Notes: generated by a model not told the origin, from the sequence alone. A stretch of DNA of 55,341 nucleotides from Dehalococcoidia bacterium (GCA_041674885.1 JBAYUZ010000002.1:1-55341), one strand, 5' to 3'; positions 43,690 through 53,825 are shown, counted from the stretch's first letter. Numbers and translations: made by a program.

Positions 43690-46323
43690 GTGACCTGGCC
43701 GACGGTAAAGGCCACCGGCAGCGGCTCGCTCGCGTGGCGCCTCATGATTCCGGGGCACCCCTACGAGGCGGTGTCGAGCTCGGCTCTCGTCGGTGCCGGC
43801 AGCGAGGGCCGCGTGCGTCTCGGCGGGCTCGAGGCAGAGCCGATCCTGTGGGGCGAACTCCTCGATCCTGCCATGGTCGAGATGAGCGCGCACGGGTTCA
43901 CGGCGGCCATCGTCGAGGACGGTTCCCTGCGATGGAATGACAGCTTCACGCTGCAGCCTGAACTCGTCTGGTATCTGCTCACGACGATGACCGTCGGCGC
44001 GACCACGATGAATCTCACGGCCGCCGGTCCGGCTGATGGCGAGGTGCTCTATCTCGGGCAGGAGTGCGTGCTCATCACTGGCGGCGGTGGCACTGCGACG
44101 CTGACCGTCACGCGCGCCTACCGCGACACCATCGCGACGGCGCACTACGTCGACACCACGATCGGCCTCACGCTGCCCGAGGTCACTACGTCGCGGCCGA
44201 GCGTCAAAGGCATGCTCGCGTTTCTCTACGCGTACGGCGACGGCGAGACCGGCGACGGCACCCTCGTGTGGCGCGGCATCATCGGCGCGGAGCCGCGACT
44301 ACGCGGGCTCACGACGTGGGAGATTCAGATCGACAGCGTCGCCGGCATCCTCGATCAGTCGTTGTCGGCGGACCTGCAGGAGCCGAGCACGCTGCGGGGG
44401 ATTTCGTACCTATCGAACACGTGCCCGGTGTTCGATCTGTCGATGAAGACCGGCGCGTCTTTCCTCGACACGCAGGCCGATTACGCGCGCGTGCAACTCT
44501 CGACGAGTTCGGAGTTCTACGAGGAGCAGGCCGACTTCTGCGACGCGCTGAACGCGGCGATTCAGACGGCGACGTCTGGGTGGACGGCAGGCACTGAGTT
44601 GAATCGATCCGGCGGACAGCTGCCCAGGCTGATCGCGACGCCGTCGCCTGGAGGCGCCTGGACGCTGGTCTACTCGACCACGGCAGCCTCGGCGAAGTGG
44701 CTCACCGTCACGAGCGATCTCACGCCGACCGTCGTCATCGATCCGATCTTCCGGTCGGACCTGCAGTTGGTTGACCTCGCCGACGGGGTGCCCAAGCCCA
44801 CCGTGTCGACCAACTCGCAATATCTGGTGCCGTATGCAGGCGGCGTTGTCGTACCTGGCGTCGGCACTGTCCCGCGCGGCGTCGTCGGCCAACTCCCCGA
44901 TCGTGCCGGCGACGCGACGAGCGTTTATGTCGGCGGCACGGCGGTTGTCTCGGCCGGCGATGGCCTGCTGATTCAGTGGCCCGAGGCGCCAGGGCAACCC
45001 GAGCGTGCGATCAGCTACCCCGTGATCGCCTGGAACTCGACGACGCGAATGGCGACCGTCGTCGTCAGCGCGCGGCCGGCGCGAGTCTACACCGCCGACA
45101 GCGCGCCCATGCTGCAGGTCACCCGCTACTACGTCGACGAGGCAACGGGCGGCACCTTCGCAGACTTCCTCGAAGCGCTCACCGACGGGGCGCCGACTGA
45201 GGCCGGGCTCGGCAAGCAGCCGAACGTCACAGAGGAGCATGTCGACATCGCGACGACGCAGACCAACGTGGCGCGCGTTGCCACGGGCCGCGCGTGGCTC
45301 ACGCAGCGCGGCTACGTCGGCGTCACCGACATGCCGCTGGCCGAGATGCTCACGAACGAGGCGCGGCTCTACGGCATGGCGCCGGGGATCACCGCCGACG
45401 GTCGCATCGCGTGGATCGAGTTTCGCATCGGCGCCGCTACCGAGGCGAGCTCCTACGAGATCACGGCGGACAACAACCTGAGCAGCCGGCAACTCCCTGG
45501 CTACGAGCCTTCCGCGTTCGGAACGGTGAACACGATCAAGCTGCTGACTGGCTTCGATCCCGTGAGCGGCGACCACAACGGCGATCAGTTCGTGTTGAAG
45601 GACGCACGCGCGCTGTCACGGCAGCCGGTGCCATTCGTGATGGATGTCGAGCCGCGATCCGTGTTCATCGACGGCGACCGCGCGATCCCCGTGGGCGACA
45701 TCGCTGCGATGGCGATGTCGTGGTTCGGCACGCTCGGCGCCGCCTACGCCATCGCCACGATCACGTGCCCGCTGTCAGCGATGGACGCCGTGATCGGCAC
45801 GCAGTGCAGCATCACCGTTTCGCAGTTGCCGAATGCGACGACGGGCGGCCGCGGCATCGTCGTTCAGCCGGGCATCGTGATCGGCCGCGACTGCAAGCCG
45901 ATGCAGGGCGCCGTCGAACTGACGATCCTCACGACGCAGGTGCGCATCGCTGGCTACACGCCGTCGTCACTCGTCGACAGCAACGCGCTCGTCGCGGGCA
46001 CCACGTACGACCTCACGCTCGAAGCGGTGCAGCCGGTCGGCTTCGCGAGCGCGACAGAGTGGGCGGTGACCGACGCGATCGTCGTGCGTCAGCATGACGC
46101 CAGCGGCGCGACCGAGGTCGCCGGCACCGTCAGCGCGATCAACGTCGGCACTGGCGTGATCCGCGTCGTGCTCGCGGGCGCCATCCCCGGCGGTGTCGTC
46201 ACGCTAGAGTACGGGGCCGCGGCGAGCGCGACCGTCGATCAGCAGGTCTATTGCTACATCGCGCAGGACGATCAGTTCATCGGCTTCGCGTCGGTCGCGA
46301 GCGCGCGGCAGTTCGCAAGCTAG
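43690..46323 (+). CDS. large tail tip / host-specificity protein (877 aa)
   Basis: ORF track; largest ORF; position after the tape measure and distal tail genes. Confidence 0.55.
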   Translation: MTWPTVKATGSGSLAWRLMIPGHPYEAVSSSALVGAGSEGRVRLGGLEAEPILWGELLDPAMVEMSAHGFTAAIVEDGSLRWNDSFTLQPELVWYLLTTMTVGATTMNLTAAGPADGEVLYLGQECVLITGGGGTATLTVTRAYRDTIATAHYVDTTIGLTLPEVTTSRPSVKGMLAFLYAYGDGETGDGTLVWRGIIGAEPRLRGLTTWEIQIDSVAGILDQSLSADLQEPSTLRGISYLSNTCPVFDLSMKTGASFLDTQADYARVQLSTSSEFYEEQADFCDALNAAIQTATSGWTAGTELNRSGGQLPRLIATPSPGGAWTLVYSTTAASAKWLTVTSDLTPTVVIDPIFRSDLQLVDLADGVPKPTVSTNSQYLVPYAGGVVVPGVGTVPRGVVGQLPDRAGDATSVYVGGTAVVSAGDGLLIQWPEAPGQPERAISYPVIAWNSTTRMATVVVSARPARVYTADSAPMLQVTRYYVDEATGGTFADFLEALTDGAPTEAGLGKQPNVTEEHVDIATTQTNVARVATGRAWLTQRGYVGVTDMPLAEMLTNEARLYGMAPGITADGRIAWIEFRIGAATEASSYEITADNNLSSRQLPGYEPSAFGTVNTIKLLTGFDPVSGDHNGDQFVLKDARALSRQPVPFVMDVEPRSVFIDGDRAIPVGDIAAMAMSWFGTLGAAYAIATITCPLSAMDAVIGTQCSITVSQLPNATTGGRGIVVQPGIVIGRDCKPMQGAVELTILTTQVRIAGYTPSSLVDSNALVAGTTYDLTLEAVQPVGFASATEWAVTDAIVVRQHDASGATEVAGTVSAINVGTGVIRVVLAGAIPGGVVTLEYGAAASATVDQQVYCYIAQDDQFIGFASVASARQFAS

Positions 46324-46676
46324 CGGAGTTCGCGCACTCGGGGGCAGACGTCAAAACACGTCGGAATGCCGCCCTCGGCCTCGCCGAACGGCTCGCCGTA
46401 GCACTCAGGCATCGCGTCGCTGTCGCTGCCGCACGTTGCCGGGAAGTTGCCCGGCGCCCCCACGCGACAGAACGGGACGAAGTATTCGCCGTCGTCGGTG
46501 CAACGGGCGAGAATCTGGTCCGGCGTCAGGAACTCGCCGCACGTCGCCACGTCGCGGCCCGGCCACATCGGGCCGAGCGTGGCGACGTCTCGCACATCAC
46601 ACGTCGCATCGGGCGTCTCTGCGCCGCACGCGCTCACCATCAGCACCGCCGCCAGCATCGCGATTCGCTTGGTCAT
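46320..46676 (-). CDS. Cys-rich secreted lipoprotein (118 aa), moron-like
   Basis: Internal ATG of ORF 46320..46793; MTKRIAMLAAVLMVSAC lipobox; 10 further Cys; opposite strand inside the tail module. Confidence 0.6.
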   Translation of the reverse strand: MTKRIAMLAAVLMVSACGAETPDATCDVRDVATLGPMWPGRDVATCGEFLTPDQILARCTDDGEYFVPFCRVGAPGNFPATCGSDSDAMPECYGEPFGEAEGGIPTCFDVCPRVRELR

Positions 46677-46746
46677 ACCGGTAGCGTGATGGGCGCGTGG
46701 GCGTGCGCAACGCAAGTTTAGTTGCGTCACCGATCGGCGTCGGCGC

Positions 46747-46775
46747 TTGACAGCCAGGCGCCTCCGTGGGATGAC
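46747..46775 (+). promoter_or_regulatory. promoter-like element (TTGACA, 17 nt, GATGAC)
   Basis: Read directly upstream of 46782; flanked by AACGCAAG / GTTGCGT (46709-46727). Confidence 0.35.
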
Positions 46776-46781
46776 GGGAGT

Positions 46782-47150
46782 ATGCAACCACACATCGCCG
46801 AGCTACGAAAACAAGTCGAGATGGCCGCCAACAAGCACGCCACAGCCGAGGTGAGGTTTCGGCGACTGGCGGACGCAGTCCCGCTCGACAAAGAGACCGC
46901 CATAGAGGCGGCCCGCGCCGAGCAAGCGGCGCATGAGGGCCTCATGGAAACGGTCGACGCATACGCCATGGCCATCGCGAACAACGAACTCGCCGACCAG
47001 CCCCTCAAAGGCATCAGCCTCGCGTTGCGCACGATCGCGCTCAGCCCCAGCGAGCACGCGGCTGATCGTGTGGCCGCCGCCCGCCTCATGCTCGATGCTC
47101 GTGCGACGCTCATCGAGTCGGACCCGCTGCCACGCGAGGCCGCGCGATGA
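46782..47150 (+). CDS. hypothetical helical protein (122 aa)
   Basis: ATG (MQPHIAELRKQVEM...) after GGGAG, within ORF 46722..47150. Confidence 0.55.
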   Translation: MQPHIAELRKQVEMAANKHATAEVRFRRLADAVPLDKETAIEAARAEQAAHEGLMETVDAYAMAIANNELADQPLKGISLALRTIALSPSEHAADRVAAARLMLDARATLIESDPLPREAAR

Positions 47151-47296
47151 CCATCGCCGATCGCATCACCGTGCGCCTCAGCGCCTCGCTACTCGCGCGC
47201 CTCGACGCGTACTGCGCTCGTGAGAAAAAGCGCACCGGCTACCCCGTCACCAGGGCGGACGCGGTGCGGGCGCTGATTGAGGGGGCGGCGAAGTGA
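47147..47296 (+). CDS. RHH (CopG-like) protein (49 aa)
   Basis: Hand translation MTIADRITVRLSASLLARLDAYCAREKKRTGYPVTRADAVRALIEGAAK; ATGA and GTGA overlaps. Confidence 0.55.
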   Translation: MTIADRITVRLSASLLARLDAYCAREKKRTGYPVTRADAVRALIEGAAK

Positions 47297-48606
47297 AGCT
47301 GCGCGACTACCAAGAGCGAGGCGTGCGGGAGATCGTGGACGCGCTCGCAACGCATGGCCGCGTGCTCGCGGTGTCGCCAACCGGCAGCGGCAAGACCGTG
47401 ATGGGCGCGGCCGTCATCACCGGCGCCTGCTCGACCGCGCGCGTGCTGTGGATCGCGCATCGCCGCGAGCTGCTCGCGCAAGCACGCAAGGCGCTGAAGT
47501 CGGCCGGGCTCGCTCGTGTCGGCATCCTCTCGGGGACGGCGAAGGAGGACACCGACGCCCCGGTGCTCGTCGCGTCCATCGACACGCTGCGACGCACGGA
47601 CCTCGCGCGCTTCGATCTCGTCGTCGTCGATGAAGCGCACCGCGTCGCGGCGAAGTCGTATCAGGACGTGCTCGCGGCGCTGCCGGGTGTGCCGGTGCTG
47701 GGGCTGACGGCGACGCCGCAGAGGCTCGACGGTAAGCCGCTGTCGGACACGTTTGCGCACCGCGTCGTGGTCGCGCTGAATGCGGAGCTGTTCGCGTCGA
47801 AGTACCTCGTGAAGCCAGTCACGTACGGAGTGCCCAAGCACATCGCGCGCGCGATGCGGCGCGGCGTGACCAGCGGCGACGGCGTAAGCGACGCGCTCAA
47901 CACCATGTTGATGCGGCCGAAGCTGATGGGCGACGTCGTCGAGGAGTGCGCAAAGCACGCGCCGGGCGCACGCACGATCGTATTCGCCGCGAGTCGCACG
48001 CACGCGAAAGCACTGGCCAAGCGCTTCACCAAGGCAGGGCGACCGACCGCGTATCTCGACGGCGACACACCGGACGGCGAACGCTTCGACATCCTCGAAC
48101 GGTTCGCGGCCGGCGCGATCGAAGTCGTCGTCAACGTCGACATCTTGACCGAGGGCTACGACTTGCCCGCGGTGAAGTGCATCGTGCTCGCGCGGCCCAC
48201 GAAGTCGCGGGCGCGCTACCTGCAGTATTGTGGCCGCGCGTCTCGTCCGCACAATGGGCGCGGCGCCGTCGTCCTCGACCACGCCGGGAACTGGCTCACT
48301 CACGGGTTGTGCTGGGAAGACCGTGAGTGGCGGGACGGGCGTGAGAAGGGCAGCGGCGACGCGCCGTGCTGGCGGTGCGAGTGCGGGCACATCAACCCGG
48401 TCGGCACGACCGAATGCGCGGAGTGTGGAGCGGCGCGGCCGAGGTCGGAGCGAGAGGAGGCGGACGAGCGTGCGCAGCTTGAGCGCATCGAGGCGGGCGC
48501 GAGCGCGAAGGCGGCGCTGGAGAAGCGGCTGCGTGAGTTTGCGGCATCGAAGGGGATGGCGCGCGCGGAGGCGGATGAGTGGGTGCGGAAGGCGGTTGCG
48601 GCGTGA
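47293..48606 (+). CDS. second SF2 DEAD/DEAH helicase with C-terminal zinc finger (437 aa), paralog of 21836..23461
   Basis: PTGSGKT, DEAH, TATP, QYCGRASR; CWRCECGHINPVGTTECAECG zinc finger. Confidence 0.85.
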   Translation: MKLRDYQERGVREIVDALATHGRVLAVSPTGSGKTVMGAAVITGACSTARVLWIAHRRELLAQARKALKSAGLARVGILSGTAKEDTDAPVLVASIDTLRRTDLARFDLVVVDEAHRVAAKSYQDVLAALPGVPVLGLTATPQRLDGKPLSDTFAHRVVVALNAELFASKYLVKPVTYGVPKHIARAMRRGVTSGDGVSDALNTMLMRPKLMGDVVEECAKHAPGARTIVFAASRTHAKALAKRFTKAGRPTAYLDGDTPDGERFDILERFAAGAIEVVVNVDILTEGYDLPAVKCIVLARPTKSRARYLQYCGRASRPHNGRGAVVLDHAGNWLTHGLCWEDREWRDGREKGSGDAPCWRCECGHINPVGTTECAECGAARPRSEREEADERAQLERIEAGASAKAALEKRLREFAASKGMARAEADEWVRKAVAA

Positions 48607-49157
48607 CGAGCACAAAGGTGGGACGCACTTGCCTGCGGTGCGGCAAGGTCACTCTCTGGTACCCATCGGAACTGAAGAAGAGCGCTCGTGAGTTTTGCGG
48701 AAGAGCGTGCCGCTCCATCTTTCGTCGCGAAAACCCGGTCATGCACGAGACGGCCTGCAAGAACTGCGGGCAGCTATTCCAATGGAGCGGGCGCCGGCCA
48801 AGCGCCGCCAATGCACCAAAAACCTGCAGCCCAAAGTGCGGACGCGAATCGCTTCGAATCGAGGGCGCAGTCGTATCCGTCGCATGCGCCGTGTGCGGGA
48901 AGAGCGCCAGCCGCCCCCGCAGCCACCTGTGGCACGTGAAATCGTCGCGATTCTGCAGCACGTTTTGCGCTAATCACAGGTGGTTTCTTCACGGCGTTCA
49001 GGTGGGAACCGCGGACCTTGCCGCGATCATCGGGTGCCACCGCCATTCGATCGGCAAGGCGCTCAGGGGCATCGTTGGCCAGTTGCCGCCTGGCTTTGTC
49101 GTCGAGACGCACGCGCGATGCGAGACGAACCGGCCGGGGCACAAGGCCGTGCGATGA
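48603..49157 (+). CDS. triple zinc-ribbon protein with C-terminal HTH-like segment (184 aa)
   Basis: GTGA overlap; three CxxCG...C(x3-4)C units (CLRCGK..FCGRAC; CKNCGQ..CSPKCG; CAVCGK..FCSTFC). Confidence 0.6.
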   Translation: MTSTKVGRTCLRCGKVTLWYPSELKKSAREFCGRACRSIFRRENPVMHETACKNCGQLFQWSGRRPSAANAPKTCSPKCGRESLRIEGAVVSVACAVCGKSASRPRSHLWHVKSSRFCSTFCANHRWFLHGVQVGTADLAAIIGCHRHSIGKALRGIVGQLPPGFVVETHARCETNRPGHKAVR

Positions 49158-49233
49158 TGCAGCGAAAGGACACGACGATGCGAACGACCTGGGCGCGCGA
49201 GACGCTGCCGCCGCGGCGCGCTACACTCCGGCC

Positions 49234-49884
49234 GTGAGCACCTCGACGCGCGCCGGCTTGACGCTCGGACTTCCGGCAAGCGCCGCCGCGGTCGGCGACC
49301 AGCCGGTGCGCACGAGCACATGGCGCGGCATCGTCGACTCGATCAATCACGTTGCCGACGAGCGCAGTCGCGTTTTGGTCAGCTATCCGCAGCGCTCGAC
49401 GACGACGGGCGGCCGCCTCGCCGGCAACAAGGCGTCACTCGTCAACACGTGGGTACGCATCTACAGCTTTGGGCCGTTCGCGCTGTTGGTCGGGCCGCGC
49501 GGCGTGCCGTACCCGATCCGCGCTCGCGTCGGCGGCCGTGCAGCGACCGTCACCGACTCGTGCATCCTGCGCATCGGCGTGTGCCCGTGGCCGGGGCGCG
49601 GCGACGGCATCATGGACGCGGTTGGCGCTGGCGCCAACATCATCGAGACCGCGGCATTCACCGACGTCACCAACTCATGGCGCGCGCCGACCGTCGCCGA
49701 CCAACTTCTCGTGCCGGGCGCCGAGTTCACGGCGTCGAGCCTGACGATCGTCGATGCGCTATCGAGCGGGTCGCCGGGCTCGATCTCGCTCGTGCAGGGT
49801 ACGGTGGAAATCTGGAGCAAGTGCAACACCTCGAACGGTGTGTGGTGTAGCCAGGCGTACGCTGCAGAGCAGGTTGCGCTATGA
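49234..49884 (+). CDS. tail-associated hypothetical protein (216 aa)
   Basis: GTG within ORF 49018..49884 (start uncertain); the upstream part of the ORF is R/A-rich and non-coding-like. Confidence 0.5.
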   Translation: MSTSTRAGLTLGLPASAAAVGDQPVRTSTWRGIVDSINHVADERSRVLVSYPQRSTTTGGRLAGNKASLVNTWVRIYSFGPFALLVGPRGVPYPIRARVGGRAATVTDSCILRIGVCPWPGRGDGIMDAVGAGANIIETAAFTDVTNSWRAPTVADQLLVPGAEFTASSLTIVDALSSGSPGSISLVQGTVEIWSKCNTSNGVWCSQAYAAEQVAL

Positions 49885-50891
49885 GCGCCGCCGTCCCCAC
49901 GCGCCGCAGCATTGCGCAGATCGACGACGTCGTCACCGGTCGCGCCGTCCGCGGTCGCACGCACCGGACGGCGGCCGAGCTGCTGAACTGGACATCGGGA
50001 AACGGCGAGACGCTGATCCCCGCCTACGATCCCGATCAGACGATCGCAGCCGGCGCGACGAAGACGTTTCGCTACCGCGTGCAGCCGAACGGCCGCGCGG
50101 TGCGCCGCGTGTGGAGCCTCGCCCTCTTCGGCACTGGCAACGTGACGATCACAGCGGGTGCATCGGCGCCAGTGCTGCGCGAGGTCTCGCTCACGGGCCT
50201 CTACGTCCAGCACAACGAGGACTTGACTGCGAAGAGCGCGTCCGACCAGGAAATTTCGCTCACCATCGCCAGCGGCGCGAGCTCGGCATCGTCGATCAGC
50301 GTCGTGCAGATCGCGTGCATGGAATCGCCGCGTGCCGTGCTCGACAAGGATGCCGCGGACTACGGCATCGAGCTGACGAGCGAGGCGGCACGCGAGCCCA
50401 TCGACGCCCGCGACTACAACTCGCTCGGCGGCATCGCCGCCGCTCTCGCGCTCGCTCCGCAACGCCGTCACTACCTCGCCTACGCGCGACCGGCCAACAC
50501 CACCGATTGCTGGTCCGACCTCACGGGCGCCTTTGTGCCGCTGCTGACGCTCGGCCCGCTGCTCGGGCGCAAACTGCACCCCGCGGACACGACAGCGAAC
50601 ACGCGCTGGTACTTCCTGTGTCGCGGCTCGCTCATCACGGCGAATGGCGAGATCAGAATCACGAACAGCTACGCGGCATCGACGACGACTCTCGCGGTCA
50701 CCGTCGGCGCCGGCTTCGGGTCCTTCGCGTGGTTCTCGATCGACGAGCCGGACTTCCCCTGCGAGGATCTCGCGGAGGCCGATGGGCTGCGGCCAGCCGG
50801 CACGTGGAACGGTTACACGCTCGAGCTGCGGTCGACCGGCGTCGGCACGTTCTACGTCGCGAGCGCGTGCTGCTTCGAGGTGCCGCCGTAG
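49881..50891 (+). CDS. tail-associated hypothetical protein (336 aa)
   Basis: ORF track; ATGA overlap; Thr/Ser/Ala-rich beta-type sequence. Confidence 0.6.
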   Translation: MSAAVPTRRSIAQIDDVVTGRAVRGRTHRTAAELLNWTSGNGETLIPAYDPDQTIAAGATKTFRYRVQPNGRAVRRVWSLALFGTGNVTITAGASAPVLREVSLTGLYVQHNEDLTAKSASDQEISLTIASGASSASSISVVQIACMESPRAVLDKDAADYGIELTSEAAREPIDARDYNSLGGIAAALALAPQRRHYLAYARPANTTDCWSDLTGAFVPLLTLGPLLGRKLHPADTTANTRWYFLCRGSLITANGEIRITNSYAASTTTLAVTVGAGFGSFAWFSIDEPDFPCEDLAEADGLRPAGTWNGYTLELRSTGVGTFYVASACCFEVPP

Positions 50892-50975
50892 CCTTGCCGC
50901 CGCCACCCGCCTCGCGCTAGACTGCGGCAGCACACAACCGCACGCAGTCGCACGACTCCGTGCTCGAGGGCACCG

Positions 50976-51428
50976 ATGGCCAAAGACTTCCTCAGCCGCA
51001 TGGACGCCGATATCCGGCCGCCGGTCGAAAACGCGGCATCGTCGGCCGTGTCGCCGTTCGGCCGCGACGGCATCCTGCGCATCGCACTCACCGCGGCAAG
51101 TGTGCGCGTCACGATTCCCGAGCACTGGCGCGGGCGCGACGTTGACTTCACGTGCGACGGCGGGACGGGAATGTACGTGCTCTTCGGCGGCCCGACGGTG
51201 ACGCTGGTGACGCCAGCGACCACGGTCAGCACGATCGCGGGGGGCGCCGGTGTCGAGGTCGCGACGTTCGTCACTGGCACCGGGAAGAAGATCGAGGCTG
51301 GCGCGACGAAGACCTACACGGTGCCGAACGACGCCGCGATCACGCACTTCTGCTGGTACGGCGCGAGCGCTGCCGGCTACATCGAAGCGGTCAACAGCAC
51401 CGGCAACGGCGTGCCCCCCGCGCCATGA
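50976..51428 (+). CDS. hypothetical protein (150 aa)
   Basis: ORF track; beta-rich sequence. Confidence 0.6.
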   Translation: MAKDFLSRMDADIRPPVENAASSAVSPFGRDGILRIALTAASVRVTIPEHWRGRDVDFTCDGGTGMYVLFGGPTVTLVTPATTVSTIAGGAGVEVATFVTGTGKKIEAGATKTYTVPNDAAITHFCWYGASAAGYIEAVNSTGNGVPPAP

Positions 51429-52180
51429 GTCGGCGGAACGCTCGAGACAGCCGTCGCGGCGGCAACGGCGGGGGTGGGGCGGCGGCGTTCGATCCCGCGC
51501 TCTACGGCACCGTCGATTTCTGGACGCGCGGCGACGACGTCACCCTCAACGGCAGCGACATCGCGTCGTGGAACGACAAGAGCGGCAATGCACGACACTG
51601 GGCGCAGGGCACCGCCGCCGTGCAGCCCGCGCAGGCCGTCGCTGCGCTCAATGGACGCGACGGGATCCGGTTTACCGGCGCCGCTGGCGAGTTCTTGACC
51701 GGCCCCGACCTACTCACCCTCGGCCGGACCAGCGCCGAGATCTTCATCGTCGCCAAGAAGGTCGCCGACCCCGCCGCATCTGACCCGCTGTCGGGATTCT
51801 GGGAGACGTCCAACTCCGTCGCTGGCGCCGTGCCGTTCACGGACGGCGCGATCTACGACGGCTTCGGGTCCAGCGCACGCAAGACGCTGCCGAACCCGAC
51901 CAGCAACCTCGCCAACGGATTCGTATGGAACATCATCACAGCGTCCGGCGAGTGGACGTCGTCGATCAATGGCGCCCTCTCCGGTAACGACTACTACACC
52001 ACAGCAGTCAACACTGTCGACTGGCTCGCTGCGCCACGCGTCGGCCGCGACAAGAACGCGTCCGCACGCTGCCTCGACGGGTGGCTCTTCGAGATGCTCT
52101 GTTACTCCGCGAAGCTGGCGACTCCTGCCAGCCGCGCGGCAGTGAACACGGCGCTCAAGGCCTACTACGGGATCACCTGA
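51425..52180 (+). CDS. LamG/concanavalin-like lectin domain protein (putative receptor-binding/tail fiber)
   Basis: ATGA overlap; FWTRGDDVTLNGSDIASWNDKSGNARHWAQ...LNGRDGIRFTGAAGEFL resembles LamG-type fiber domains. Confidence 0.55.
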   Translation: MSRRNARDSRRGGNGGGGAAAFDPALYGTVDFWTRGDDVTLNGSDIASWNDKSGNARHWAQGTAAVQPAQAVAALNGRDGIRFTGAAGEFLTGPDLLTLGRTSAEIFIVAKKVADPAASDPLSGFWETSNSVAGAVPFTDGAIYDGFGSSARKTLPNPTSNLANGFVWNIITASGEWTSSINGALSGNDYYTTAVNTVDWLAAPRVGRDKNASARCLDGWLFEMLCYSAKLATPASRAAVNTALKAYYGIT

Positions 52181-52530
52181 TGGCCGATCGCGCAAAGACC
52201 TGGACCGGCCCCGAGGCTGATGCGATAGCTGCGTGCGCCCTCGTCAACAAACTCGCCGGCTACCCACGCAAGGGCGTCGGCGGCTCGCTCGTGCAAGTCG
52301 ACGAGTGGGACGGCGCCGGCGACTGCCCCGCTGGCTGGACCATGGCAGTCGCGCCCGTCGTCGACCCCGACACGCGACAGGCCAGCATCGCGGTCAAGGC
52401 ACGCGACGCGGACCGGCTCACGCTGCCCGACGAGCGCGCGAAACTGACGCCGGAAGAGCAGGCCGCGGCGGATAAGATCGCGTGGTCGGCGAAGGCTGCT
52501 GCGGTCGAAGCGGAAGCGGTGAGGAAGTGA
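52180..52530 (+). CDS. hypothetical protein (116 aa)
   Basis: TGATG junction; MADRAKTWTGPEADAIAACALVNKLAGYPRKG... Confidence 0.55.
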   Translation: MADRAKTWTGPEADAIAACALVNKLAGYPRKGVGGSLVQVDEWDGAGDCPAGWTMAVAPVVDPDTRQASIAVKARDADRLTLPDERAKLTPEEQAAADKIAWSAKAAAVEAEAVRK

Positions 52531-53075
52531 CGCGCGCCGCTGTCGTCGTGATCGCGCTGCTGCTCACGGGGTGCGTCATGCCTCTCCCGCGTGGCGCCGA
52601 GCGTCCTCCGCGTGAGTCTGACCTCGCAGTCGTCGACAGTGTGATCGCCCGATGGCGCGCAGCTGGCGAGCCGTTCGAGAGTCGATGCCGCGAAGAGCGC
52701 GCATCGCGCACGGTGGTCATCCGCGCGGACCAAGAGACGATGACGTCGACGGGCTACTGCGCCTCACGCGGCCCGTGCTGCGGCACCGCAGAGAAGCGCG
52801 CGGCTTGCGGCTGCACGATCGGTTGCGCTGCCGGTGCGACTACGTGGGAGTCAGACATCGTCGACCCGCTCGCGGCGATCACTGGCACGTATCGCGTGAT
52901 GATCTGGGTGAGCGCGTACGAAGATGAGCAGACCCAGAGGCGCGTCATCGCTCACGAGGCGACGCACTGGCTCGGACGGGCCTGCATGCCGAACGGCCGG
53001 CGCGACGTCGACGCAACGCACGCGCGCTATCCCGAGCGGTGGGGCAGCACCGGCTACGAGTCGGCGGGCTGGTGA
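52527..53075 (+). CDS. lipoprotein with HExxH metallopeptidase motif (182 aa)
   Basis: GTGA overlap; VVVIALLLTGC lipobox; HEATHW motif; Cys-rich middle. Confidence 0.55.
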   Translation: MTRAAVVVIALLLTGCVMPLPRGAERPPRESDLAVVDSVIARWRAAGEPFESRCREERASRTVVIRADQETMTSTGYCASRGPCCGTAEKRAACGCTIGCAAGATTWESDIVDPLAAITGTYRVMIWVSAYEDEQTQRRVIAHEATHWLGRACMPNGRRDVDATHARYPERWGSTGYESAGW

Positions 53076-53109
53076 GGTACACTCCCATAATGCACACGGA
53101 GGCCCTCGA

Positions 53110-53505
53110 GTGAACTGGTGGGCGGCACTGTCGGCAGTCATCTCGCCGCCCGCCGTCCTCTACGTCTTGCGCATCATCCGGGAACGTACGGGCGCTTACG
53201 CTCGCGCCTCCGCTTCCGAGATCGACTATCTGCGCGCGGAGAGCAAGCGCGAGCGGGAAGAGTGCGCCGTCGAGAAGGCGCGCGACGCGGGCACTATCGC
53301 AGGTCAGGCCGCGCGCATCCACGAACTCGAGCGCATCGCCGCCGAGAACGCGCTCGAGTTGCAGCGCGCGGAGAGCACAGCGTCGGCGCTTCTGCTCGCG
53401 CGCGACCTGGCACGCGACAACGCCGATGCGTTGCAGGCGCAGATCGATGCCGGCGCGGAAGACGTGCGACTCGCTCGCGCGGCGCTCCGTGGTATGAAGA
53501 CGTGA
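53110..53505 (+). CDS. N-terminal TM plus coiled-coil protein (i-spanin/Rz-like, 131 aa)
   Basis: GTG 7 nt after GGAGG; VNWWAALSAVISPPAVLYVLRII followed by a helical E/R/A region. Confidence 0.5.
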   Translation: MNWWAALSAVISPPAVLYVLRIIRERTGAYARASASEIDYLRAESKREREECAVEKARDAGTIAGQAARIHELERIAAENALELQRAESTASALLLARDLARDNADALQAQIDAGAEDVRLARAALRGMKT

Positions 53506-53537
53506 CGTGCGGACTGGCGCCGCGCAGAGGAGAGACG

Positions 53538-53825
53538 ATGAATCCGAAGCTGTTCAAGTCGCCGAAGTGGTGGGCCGGGGTGATCGCATCGCTCGTGCTC
53601 GTGTTCGGCGATCACACGTGGCAGACGATGATCGGGATCCCGCCCGAGGCGCAGATGGTCATCAAGGGCATCGGCGCGATGCTGCTGCTCTTGCTTTCGT
53701 CGCCGGCCGTCAAGCAGATGACCGAAGCCGACCGCGAGACGCTGCCGCCGGCGGTGACCGTCACTGGCAAGGGCGCCGTGGTGCCAGTCGAGGATCGCTC
53801 GTCGCTGCCGCCGGGTGCGCCATGA
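53538..53825 (+). CDS. holin-like two-TM protein (95 aa)
   Basis: ATG after GAGGAG; WWAGVIASLVLVFG and IKGIGAMLLLLLSSPAV hydrophobic segments. Confidence 0.5.
   Translation: MNPKLFKSPKWWAGVIASLVLVFGDHTWQTMIGIPPEAQMVIKGIGAMLLLLLSSPAVKQMTEADRETLPPAVTVTGKGAVVPVEDRSSLPPGAP

Noticed and set aside
49461-51347. 628-aa minus-strand ORF
   Set aside because: It lies antisense to three plus-strand tail genes that have protein-like sequence and ATGA coupling. Its translation is dominated by R/A/G/D runs.
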